Assembly: GCA_019323195.1 (NCBI GenBank)
Contig: JAHWHQ010000035.1
Location: 1 to 53,512, forward strand
Length of the DNA: 53,512 nucleotides
Direction of reading: 5' to 3'
Origin: Candidatus Woesearchaeota archaeon
Lineage (GTDB): Archaea > Nanobdellota > Nanobdellia > Woesearchaeales > JACPBV01
The notes beneath the pieces are model-generated. The model did not search any database, was not told the origin of the DNA, and saw only the letters and a program-made list of their open reading frames with translations. The position numbers and the translations under genes were made by a program. Position 1 is the stretch's first letter. Each line of letters opens with the position of its first letter. Positions 24,515 to 32,824 of this stretch are shown piece by piece.

Positions 24515-24928
24515 TCAATCTAATCTTTTTTTGATAATGGCTTTTAGTTTTTTAACTATTGCCTGAATATCTTTTATTTTCCTTTTAATGTAATCCTTGT
24601 CGATAAAAAATCCATCATATGCAATCTTATTTCTTGTTATCCTCAGATCATCAATCAAAGAGACCTCATACTCGTTAAACTCTTTATAATTGGATTGGAG
24701 GTATTCAACTAATTTTTTATGTGCTCCTTCACCATAAGTCTTGTAGCCGTCAAGTAGAAGAACAATACTCATTAACTCTCTGATTATATCATAATATTCT
24801 TTTGTTACATTGGAACTAAATTTAGCTACATCAATGATCTTAATCATCTCTATAGTGGTATCAACCATCTTTAGGATAGATTGTGCTTTTTCCTTATTTG
24901 GTGTTATCTTTATCATACCTTCTTCCAT
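24515..24928 (-). CDS. HEPN domain protein (toxin partner of the MNT gene)
   Basis: 137-aa all-helical protein with the R(I)TRNKIAY motif region. Overlaps the upstream nucleotidyltransferase gene by 16 nt. Confidence 0.65.
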   Translation of the reverse strand: MEEGMIKITPNKEKAQSILKMVDTTIEMIKIIDVAKFSSNVTKEYYDIIRELMSIVLLLDGYKTYGEGAHKKLVEYLQSNYKEFNEYEVSLIDDLRITRNKIAYDGFFIDKDYIKRKIKDIQAIVKKLKAIIKKRLD

Positions 24929-25497
24929 TTTGACATTTGCACCCTTAAGTACCCTTTTAACTTATCACCATTGATAATATTATTCTTTAATTCTTCGCTG
25001 ATCTTATTGAAGTTCTTTTCAAAGAATAAATTTATCTTTCTGTTTAATTCTTTCTCGTATTTGCCTAAATCCAGCTTCTTTTCATCACATTGCAAATATA
25101 AATCAATATCACTACCTTTAATATCTTCTCCTTTTGAGGCAGAACCAAATAAAACTATCACATCAGGCATACATTGCTCATTTAAATAATTCAACAAACC
25201 AGATTCTTCTATGGATATAATCATATCTATTTTCTTAAGAAATCTAAATACTTCACTTGCCCTATTTGCCCAGTAAACAGGATAACCATGTATTCTATGT
25301 TTAGAGCTTATAACCAAAGGAGCGCCATATCCCTCATCTTTGCATAATTCATTTAGGTAGTTCTTTACTGAAGTTGGAGCCAAATCTGTTTTTCTGCTAA
25401 TCTCTCTGAGTTGAAAACCTGCTCCCTTAGGGTTTGGATCATCAAAAAAGACCTTCAATATTTTCCACTTGTTATACTTTTGTAACATATGTAACAA
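24913..25497 (-). CDS. nucleotidyltransferase (MNT) domain protein with N-terminal wHTH
   Basis: The LFGSASKGEDIKGSDIDL motif (GS-x9-DxD) preceded by a wHTH-like N-terminus. Confidence 0.75.
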   Translation of the reverse strand: MLHMLQKYNKWKILKVFFDDPNPKGAGFQLREISRKTDLAPTSVKNYLNELCKDEGYGAPLVISSKHRIHGYPVYWANRASEVFRFLKKIDMIISIEESGLLNYLNEQCMPDVIVLFGSASKGEDIKGSDIDLYLQCDEKKLDLGKYEKELNRKINLFFEKNFNKISEELKNNIINGDKLKGYLRVQMSKWKKV

Positions 25498-25602
25498 TAA
25501 TATTACAACTGTTATATAAATGTTACTGTTCTTGACCGATAATTCAGCCTGTGTTAAATAGAATGCAGTCTCGCTATGATTCCTATATGTTAGCCTTCAA
25601 TT

Positions 25603-27966
25603 TCAACCTTCCAGCAGAATCATTATCTCTTCCTTTTTCTGGGTTTTTCTCAGCTTCTCTGCCAGCTCCTTGTTGACAGGGGCTATCCAGTCAGCGAAGT
25701 CGTTCTTTTCCGCATTTACGTGCTTGCTTAATACGTCATCGTCCATGGTGTTGATGGAGTCGATAAGCTCCTGGATGCTCCTTACGGTTGTTCCGTTCTT
25801 GAGCTTTAAGGGGGCAAGCTCAGGGCCTTTCTTGGCAGGCGGAGCTGCTGCTGCAGGCGCTGGAGCCCCTTTAGCTGCTCCAGCCGCAGCACCTGCCTTT
25901 GCTTTTGCCTGCTCATTTTTCTCGTATTCCTCCCTTGCCTTCTTCGCCTTTTCGAACTCCTTCTTCAGCTCCTCTTCAGCTACGAGCTTGATCTTTCTCT
26001 TCTCAGGCTTTTTCCCGAGCTTTTTCCAGTGGTCCTCCAGCCTTGGCTTGAGGCCTTCAAGGTAGATGTCTACCATGTTAAATGATCCTGACTTTACCTT
26101 GTCAAGGGCCATCTTAAGCTCGAGCTTGATGTCAAATACGTCTATCCCCTCTTTTTTAAGCTGCTCGATCTGGTAGTCCAGGTCATCTATCAGGTCGTTG
26201 TACTTGTTGTAGTTCTCAAGCTCGTCGTCGCTCAGCCTTGCATGCTCATGCATAAGGGGCCTGAAGGTGACGAAGTAAGGGTTGCCGCGGTTATAGGCGG
26301 AGTTCTCTATCATTCCTGTGCCAGTGGATGCCTTAAGCAGGGACTGGAGCATATAGCCGCCGTACTTGTTCTTGATCCTGTCCAGGTCACCCTGGTCACG
26401 CGTCCTCATCTGGATCTCGGTGTTGATGTTGGCTTTTGTCTCGCCGACAAAGTCTGTCAGTACCTGGCTGATAAGCATCAGGCCTACGCCCCATTTCCTG
26501 AACTCCCTTGCAGCCCTCTCTATCTGGATGAAGCCCTGGCCGGAGCCGCCGAACTTGGGCAGGAGCCTGTGGACCTCGTCGAATATTATCATGAGCTTGA
26601 GCTCAGGGGACTCAGGAAGGTTGGCATGGAATACCTCCCTCATGGTGTTTGCGACCAGTGTATCTATGTCCCCCGGATCGAGCCTGTTGATGGCGAAGGA
26701 GTGGATCTCGCCGGGGATCATGTATTTCTTTATGTCTATGATCTGCCTTGCATCCATGATCTGGTGGATATTGCCGTTGAAGGCCTTTGCATCTGTCTTC
26801 TTCATGCCGAATTTTGGGTAGAGGGCTATCATCTTCTTGTTCTGGCATTTTCTCAGGAAGCCTGTCCACTGGGCAGTAGGGTCAAAGACGATGACAGCGA
26901 CATTCTTCTCTAAAGCGCCTTCTATAAGGACCTCTGCCGAGACTGTCTTGCCTCCTCCTGTCGAACCGGCAATAAGGGTGTGCATCGTCAGCTGGTCGAT
27001 GTCAAAAAAGGCGTCTTTGTTCGTTTCGGCGATTTTTCCAATCTTTACTGACCTTGGGCCGGCTTTAGGCAATAATGAGAAATCAAGCTTGCCCTTGTAC
27101 CTTTTCCGCTTTTCCATCTGTCTCTTATAGACCAGGTAGATTACAGTGAACAGAGTTATGACGCATATGCTGAATATCACCCATCTCAGCGGAAGGATGC
27201 CAAGGATAAAATAGTCCATCACCTTTTCAGCTACAAAGAACCTGATGCTTGAATGGGAGGTTAAATCCAGATACTCTGCCTTTACAGTAAGGACATACTC
27301 TCCAGGCCTGACAAAGTCAGGAATGTCGAATTTCTTGAGCAGGGTTGCGGAGGTCTCTATGAATATGCCCTCGCTTTCGCTGAGGAATGACTTGTTCAGC
27401 TCATAGGTCTTTACATCCCCAAGCTTATCTATCGAATAATGCAGCGTGACATTAAACGCTTTTTCAACCAGAAGGTTCTGAATGTCAATACGGTACCTGA
27501 ATGAATCACCGAGGTAGACCCTTTTTGTGAGTGCTTCAAGCTCCATGCTGATGGCCTCTACGGAGGAGCCTAACGAGTCGACATTGAGGATGACGGGTAT
27601 CGCCTCGCTAATGCCGCCGGAGATGGCTAATGTGCCGTTATAGAACCCCAGGTGGTCTGCAAAGAAGGTTATGTTTATGGCATTCTCCGAGTCATGCCCT
27701 ATGTTCATCCTCTGGGTGCTTAGCTGGAGGTATTCTGAGACATTGCCGCTCAAGGAGAAGTATACGCTTATCGTTTCAGCCCTGTTGTTCTTTATCCTGA
27801 GGGGGACATCCTTGTAGTTGCCTATCTTCATCCTTTCCCTCATGGAACTGGATGAGATCTCATAGTCCCTTGTCTTTATCTGGGCTGAAACATTCCCTAT
27901 GGAGCAGAGGGCGAAAACTGCAAATATCAGGAAGTATGCTAGACCTATCACCCTTTTTTTGCTCAT
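25603..27966 (-). CDS. membrane-anchored HerA/FtsK-like (DUF87-type) ATPase with an extracytoplasmic N-terminal domain
   Basis: Signal/TM MSKKRVIGLAYFLIFAVFALCSIG, about 230 aa outside, then a second TM (RWVIFSICVITLFTVIYLVY). Walker A GSTGGGKT and Walker B MIIFDEVHRL. An Ala/Pro-rich linker precedes a small C-terminal domain. Confidence 0.8.
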   Translation of the reverse strand: MSKKRVIGLAYFLIFAVFALCSIGNVSAQIKTRDYEISSSSMRERMKIGNYKDVPLRIKNNRAETISVYFSLSGNVSEYLQLSTQRMNIGHDSENAINITFFADHLGFYNGTLAISGGISEAIPVILNVDSLGSSVEAISMELEALTKRVYLGDSFRYRIDIQNLLVEKAFNVTLHYSIDKLGDVKTYELNKSFLSESEGIFIETSATLLKKFDIPDFVRPGEYVLTVKAEYLDLTSHSSIRFFVAEKVMDYFILGILPLRWVIFSICVITLFTVIYLVYKRQMEKRKRYKGKLDFSLLPKAGPRSVKIGKIAETNKDAFFDIDQLTMHTLIAGSTGGGKTVSAEVLIEGALEKNVAVIVFDPTAQWTGFLRKCQNKKMIALYPKFGMKKTDAKAFNGNIHQIMDARQIIDIKKYMIPGEIHSFAINRLDPGDIDTLVANTMREVFHANLPESPELKLMIIFDEVHRLLPKFGGSGQGFIQIERAAREFRKWGVGLMLISQVLTDFVGETKANINTEIQMRTRDQGDLDRIKNKYGGYMLQSLLKASTGTGMIENSAYNRGNPYFVTFRPLMHEHARLSDDELENYNKYNDLIDDLDYQIEQLKKEGIDVFDIKLELKMALDKVKSGSFNMVDIYLEGLKPRLEDHWKKLGKKPEKRKIKLVAEEELKKEFEKAKKAREEYEKNEQAKAKAGAAAGAAKGAPAPAAAAPPAKKGPELAPLKLKNGTTVRSIQELIDSINTMDDDVLSKHVNAEKNDFADWIAPVNKELAEKLRKTQKKEEIMILLEG

Positions 27967-28058
27967 CTTTTTTCTTATGGTTTATAAAGTTTTAAACTCT
28001 TTGAGTTCTAAACCGATTAAAAATCTTCTATTTTTGATAGTTTAAAAATGAAATTTTA

Positions 28059-31000
28059 TTATGCTGCTATCTTCCTGTGCAGCTCATTGCACCTTTGGAC
28101 TACGCCTGACTTGAATTCCTGCGGGATCTTCTTATATATATGGGAGACCTGCCTGTAGATCAGGGATGCCTCCTTCCGCTGGTTGTTCTCAAGGCTGAAA
28201 TTGGCCTTGTCAATAAGCTTGTTAATATGGAAGACATCTAATTTATTTGAGAGGAGGGTTACCTTCTCATAAACCTCTTTTTTAATCTCTTTCGGAAGCT
28301 GCCTGAAAAACTCATTGATGCTCCTGTAGGCTGCCTTTGCCTTTTCATACTCGCTGTTCTGCAGATGGGCCAGGCCCTCCTCGAGGTGCCTGTTTATCTC
28401 TTTTATGTGCTTCATAGAGCCCCTGCCTTTGACCAGGAGCCTTATCTTTTTAAATCCTCCGCTGAATCCAATGTATGTGAGGGCAAGTATTATGATTATT
28501 ATCACCTCTATAACCAGTCTTGCATTGTTGGGCTGGATGATCCTTAACGGAAGATCGCCAAGGACCGCGAAGCCGATAACGGGGTTCCTTTTGGTCAGAT
28601 CATCAGAAACCAGGATGGACTTTATCTCCCTGGCTTTGTCCATATCTATCTTCTTCCTGATATAGTAGGAGTATTTTTCTGCCGGCATATCAAGCTTGAT
28701 TATGGGGTCTTCAAGGATGGTGGCATACTCAAACTGCGCATTTATATGGGAGGTGTTGGGAGCTATGCTTTTTGGGATCCACTCTATAAGGGCTGTATCC
28801 TTCAGATCATCTTCTGCCATGATATCTTTTTCTATCAATGTTATATCCCCCTTGTCCCCTGAGATATACTCCGCTTCTATATAGCTTGTTTTTGTCGTTA
28901 TCTTGACCAATTTCTGCAGCTCCTGGTTATAGGCCGCGTAAGACTCCATTTCCTTGTTTTTGTACTTCTTTTTCATGAACTCCAGGAATGTGAAGGATAT
29001 ATTTGTTATGTCCTCTTTGCCGGGGTAATCGATGAATTCCTTTGACTCAGCAACCCTGATAGCCTTTATGGTGCGGCTTTTTATGCCCCTTATCCTGTCA
29101 TATATGGAGTTTCTTAGCTCCTCTTCCCCGCTCTGGTTCAGCCTTCTCCATATGATGTTGTGAAGGTCGCGCTTTGCCATCTGAAGCTCTTTTTTTGACT
29201 TTTCAAGGTGTTTTTCCAGGCCAAGGGCGGCGGCAGCGTCCTTCTCTTTCTTGTCCAGGTAATTAAGGTCTGACAGCGAGCTGTCTATGATCTTTATTGC
29301 ATTATCTATCGAGATGTCCTCTTCTGTGACAACTGTTATGTTGACATGGAATCTTTTGGTCTCGCTTATCCTTGAGTTTCCGAACCTGTCAACGCATTCA
29401 ACCTTCCACTGGTAATCCCTGTTCTCCAGGTTTTCTATGGTAAATGAGTTCTCGCTTCCGCTTGCTATGTTCTCTTTATGCCCCTGCTCTACCCACCAGC
29501 TGTCGCCCATGTTGGCGTATAGTGTGCAGTTGACGCTGGAACGGTCAAATACCTTGTAGGTTATGACAGCGCTGCCCTGGGTGATGGCTGCATCATTTTC
29601 AGGGCCGAACAGTTCTATGACAGGATCCTCGTTATCGAGTTCATATATGGGCAGCTTTACCCCTATCGTTGCGCTGCTTTTTATGTCGGTGGTGTTGGAG
29701 AATGAGCTATAGCCGTCTTTCTCTACGATGAGCTTACGGCTGCCTTTATTTACCTCAAATGAGGCCTTGCCTTCGCTGCTTGTATTTTTCTTGACATAAT
29801 CGAATTCAACATCCGCGTTTTCAATCGCCTGGCCGGATTCGTTCTTTACTATGATGGTGACGTTGAATACCTCTCTTACTGTTATCGCACTTGCAGCTGA
29901 CCTCTTCCATTCTTCCCAGGCTATGGTGAGGTTTGCGGTGTAGGTCCCGTTTGAGCTGTAGGTGTGGGATGGTCCTGAAGCGGATGATGAAGAGCCGTCG
30001 CCGAAATCCCAGCTATAGCTGCTTCTGGGGCTTGTATTGCCGCTTGCAGATGCAGTGAACCTTATCGTTTCACCCCTGTCTATAGCGGTTGCGTTTGAGC
30101 TGATGCTCAGGATTAGGGGGTTTCCTGAGGTGTCATTAACATAGAAGAAGATGCTCTTGTTCTCGCTGTGGCTCATATAATGCATCACTGCATCTATCGT
30201 GTAGTTCCCCGGGGAGTTGATGTTCTGCAGGGCTTTTATGACCCATATCATAAGGCCGGGTGAATAAGGCGTTATAAAGTCGCTTTCCACTATGCTGCCT
30301 TCGAGAAGGACAGTGAGGTTTACCATGGAGTTGGCCCTTGATATTACGGTTATGGAGACGTCTTCCCCTAGTTCATAGTGGGTTTTATCAGTGCTTATGT
30401 TGAACCCTATGCAGGAAGGGCATGAGCCGCCGCAGTCAATGCCCTGCTCATCTCCGTTTTTTATCCCGTCTGAGCAGGAAGGCAGGAAGGTAAAGTTTAT
30501 GCTGTAGCTTATAATCCTGTAGTTTCCCTGCATGTCGCTTATGTTTATCGTGAGGTTGTTTAGGCCGGTTTCAACTTCTATGCTGAATGTACTGGCCTTT
30601 TCCCAGCCCAGGCTCAGGGTTGTGGGATCTTCATTATTTATGCTGTGTGATATGCTGCTGTATTCATCGGAAGATATCGTTATCTCGACAGCACCTGATG
30701 TTCCGTTTATTCCGGATACTGGACCAGGGCTTAACTGCATGCCTCCTGCTGTGGCATTTATACCAGGGGCAGTTGAGTCGTTTACTGTAAAATAATGGAT
30801 GTGGTTTGTTATGTTGGAACTGTTGTCCATAAGGTAGATGGTTATGTTGTGCAGGCCGTTTTTTATCACGCCATATTCTAATGAGCCGTTTAGTTTTGAT
30901 GAAAAGGAGTTCCCTTCCACTGAGGGTTCGGCATACCTGTCATCAAATAGGTAGCCTGCGCTTACTGTTATATTCGTTGTAAAATTAAGATAAACATCTT

Positions 31001-32144
31001 CCCCGCTTTCAAGAGAACTGTCATTCTCAGGGCTTATTACATCAAGGTTTATCGTTGAGGTGTTCAGGACCAGTATTACTGAGGAGAAGTGGGGTATGAA
31101 GACCACTACTTTTTCTCCTTCCTCGATGTAGCAGCTTTCTTTTTCATCGCTGCACATCTTTATCGGTGAGCACTGGTATAGGTCATTGCAGTACATGACA
31201 CCGCTGTAGGCTGCGTCTTTGATGTCAAACTCCACAATGCCGTCATAGCTTTCTTCATCTATTATGCCATCCATGCCCTTAAGTGAGATGGACTTTTTCG
31301 GGATAAGGCGCATGTCTTTTATGCGCCTGCTAGCTACATTGTCTTCTGCATCTAATGATACCTTTTCAAGGTTCTGCCAGTTCAGGTTTTCTTCTTTGAA
31401 ATTGTTTATGGAGGCTGTTACGCCGTCGTCAGCATAAAACTTCATCTTAAGGGGCCTGTTCTTAAGGCTGCCGCCTACCTTGTTGCCTTTTGTGTCTGTA
31501 AGGTCTATTTTCTTGAGCCTGTTCTTCTCTTTTATCTTCTCGAACGAGCTTAGCGTGGCGAGGTAGCCTTTGTCTGATGTTGTGTTGCTGGATACTGCAT
31601 CGCTGAAGTAGTTGTTGTCAAGATAGACTGCATACAGGTAGTCTTTTTCGCTGTAATATATGTCAGAGTAAAGGTTGTTTATGTCCAGGCTGTAGTCAAG
31701 ATAGATGACCTGGGCATAAACCTTGTTGTTCCTGGAGGAGCCGTACTTGCTGTACTGTAGATATAACGGCTCATCCCATTCCTGCTTTTCGGGGTAGAGG
31801 TCTATGAATGAGCAGCATCTGGAGCTGCCATGGCATAGGGGGGTGGTCCTGCCATTGTCCACTGAATAGACGTCCCATCTTGTGCAGAGATTTTTTTGCT
31901 CAGCATCCCAGCTGAACCCTGTATCCTCTACAGTGAAGTCTATAGCAGCACTGTCAGATTCGATGCCGTTGTCATCGCTGTCCCAGACAGAGCCTGACTT
32001 GTATTCCAGCTCAATCGAGATTGTTTTTGACGGGTTGGATTTTGTGAATTCCACATTCGATACGAGGAGGAGGGCCAGCATGAAGGCCAGAATAAAGGCT
32101 CTTTTTTTGCTTATCAAACCCGGAAAAAACTGTTTTGCGTTCAT
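28059..32144 (-). CDS. giant (1361 aa) surface protein with a PKD domain, C-terminal TM and helical cytoplasmic tail
   Basis: N-terminal signal/TM. PKD signature YSWDFGDGSSSSASGPSHTYSSNGTYTANLTI. A Cys-rich segment SCSDGIKNGDEQGIDCGGSCPSC. TM LVIEVIIIIILALTYIGF near residue 1190. Confidence 0.8.
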   Translation of the reverse strand: MNAKQFFPGLISKKRAFILAFMLALLLVSNVEFTKSNPSKTISIELEYKSGSVWDSDDNGIESDSAAIDFTVEDTGFSWDAEQKNLCTRWDVYSVDNGRTTPLCHGSSRCCSFIDLYPEKQEWDEPLYLQYSKYGSSRNNKVYAQVIYLDYSLDINNLYSDIYYSEKDYLYAVYLDNNYFSDAVSSNTTSDKGYLATLSSFEKIKEKNRLKKIDLTDTKGNKVGGSLKNRPLKMKFYADDGVTASINNFKEENLNWQNLEKVSLDAEDNVASRRIKDMRLIPKKSISLKGMDGIIDEESYDGIVEFDIKDAAYSGVMYCNDLYQCSPIKMCSDEKESCYIEEGEKVVVFIPHFSSVILVLNTSTINLDVISPENDSSLESGEDVYLNFTTNITVSAGYLFDDRYAEPSVEGNSFSSKLNGSLEYGVIKNGLHNITIYLMDNSSNITNHIHYFTVNDSTAPGINATAGGMQLSPGPVSGINGTSGAVEITISSDEYSSISHSINNEDPTTLSLGWEKASTFSIEVETGLNNLTINISDMQGNYRIISYSINFTFLPSCSDGIKNGDEQGIDCGGSCPSCIGFNISTDKTHYELGEDVSITVISRANSMVNLTVLLEGSIVESDFITPYSPGLMIWVIKALQNINSPGNYTIDAVMHYMSHSENKSIFFYVNDTSGNPLILSISSNATAIDRGETIRFTASASGNTSPRSSYSWDFGDGSSSSASGPSHTYSSNGTYTANLTIAWEEWKRSAASAITVREVFNVTIIVKNESGQAIENADVEFDYVKKNTSSEGKASFEVNKGSRKLIVEKDGYSSFSNTTDIKSSATIGVKLPIYELDNEDPVIELFGPENDAAITQGSAVITYKVFDRSSVNCTLYANMGDSWWVEQGHKENIASGSENSFTIENLENRDYQWKVECVDRFGNSRISETKRFHVNITVVTEEDISIDNAIKIIDSSLSDLNYLDKKEKDAAAALGLEKHLEKSKKELQMAKRDLHNIIWRRLNQSGEEELRNSIYDRIRGIKSRTIKAIRVAESKEFIDYPGKEDITNISFTFLEFMKKKYKNKEMESYAAYNQELQKLVKITTKTSYIEAEYISGDKGDITLIEKDIMAEDDLKDTALIEWIPKSIAPNTSHINAQFEYATILEDPIIKLDMPAEKYSYYIRKKIDMDKAREIKSILVSDDLTKRNPVIGFAVLGDLPLRIIQPNNARLVIEVIIIIILALTYIGFSGGFKKIRLLVKGRGSMKHIKEINRHLEEGLAHLQNSEYEKAKAAYRSINEFFRQLPKEIKKEVYEKVTLLSNKLDVFHINKLIDKANFSLENNQRKEASLIYRQVSHIYKKIPQEFKSGVVQRCNELHRKIAA

Positions 32145-32425
32145 CTGGATACGGCCTCTTTTTTTATCTCTTTCTTTATGCTTTCAAGCTCGCTGATTAT
32201 CTCCAGCTTTACGAGCTTTTCACTCCTTTTCCTGAGCTCTTCTTTTATGTCCTGCTTCAGTTTCCTGAGCTCCTCCAGTTCAGGGTTCCTGGAGCTTAGC
32301 CAGCGGTCCCTTACGATGCTCCTTATCTCCTCGCTTATGTCCATGTAATGGTCCTTTTCAGCTGACCTTTTCAGCTCTGATAAAAGTGATCCAGGAAGCC
32401 TTACAGAGACCATTACCTCATCCAT
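32141..32425 (-). CDS. ribbon-helix-helix protein with coiled-coil tail
   Basis: Starts at the internal ATG (MDEVMVSVRLPGSLLSELKRSAEKDHYMDISEEIRSIVRDRW...). Its stop overlaps the start of the giant gene by 4 nt. The track's 29-aa N-terminal extension overlaps the upstream RHH gene. Confidence 0.6.
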   Translation of the reverse strand: MDEVMVSVRLPGSLLSELKRSAEKDHYMDISEEIRSIVRDRWLSSRNPELEELRKLKQDIKEELRKRSEKLVKLEIISELESIKKEIKKEAVSR

Positions 32426-32588
32426 CCTGCACCTCTTTCTCCCTTGCTGCGAGGTATTTCCTGCTGTAATCGCGGATAGCCTCTGACCTGCTCTTGTAAA
32501 TCCCGCGCTCAATCAGGGAATCCAGCCATAGAACTATCTCTTTAGGAAGCCTTACGTTTAATGTTTGGATCTCTATTGTATTTGTCAT
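32418..32588 (-). CDS. ribbon-helix-helix (CopG-like) protein
   Basis: 56-aa ORF not in the track: MTNTIEIQTLNVRLPKEIVLWLDSLIERGIYKSRSEAIRDYSRKYLAAREKEVQDG. This is a classic CopG pattern. Overlaps the next RHH gene by 8 nt. Confidence 0.6.
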   Translation of the reverse strand: MTNTIEIQTLNVRLPKEIVLWLDSLIERGIYKSRSEAIRDYSRKYLAAREKEVQDG

Positions 32589-32824
32589 GTAATCTTATTG
32601 TATTCTTTCTGTATTCATTTCTCTTTTATATGTTTTTTCTTATGTTGCTTTTATATTGATTATTTTATGTTTTTATTGTATTTATCACGTAATTTTATTG
32701 TAAGATTTATTCTTGTATTTAAAGCTTTCGGAAAAATGCCTTGTGCTATTTTGCTGGATTTAACTTTCCTAACTCCAAAGTGATATAATAAATATTAAAT
32801 ACTATAGAATGAAATGCTGTCCTG

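Noticed and set aside
32426-32512. N-terminal extension of the RHH ORF (the track version 32141..32512), and similarly 44537..44701 for the wHTH ORF
   Set aside because: The extensions are Arg/Ser/Ala-rich and non-helical, and each overlaps another better-supported gene. Internal ATGs give canonical RHH and wHTH N-termini with proper upstream signals.
32565-32783. 72-aa plus-strand ORF (Phe/Cys/Leu-rich)
   Set aside because: It lies in the AT-rich divergent promoter region between the RHH operon and the glycogen synthase gene. Its composition is an artefact of T-rich DNA.
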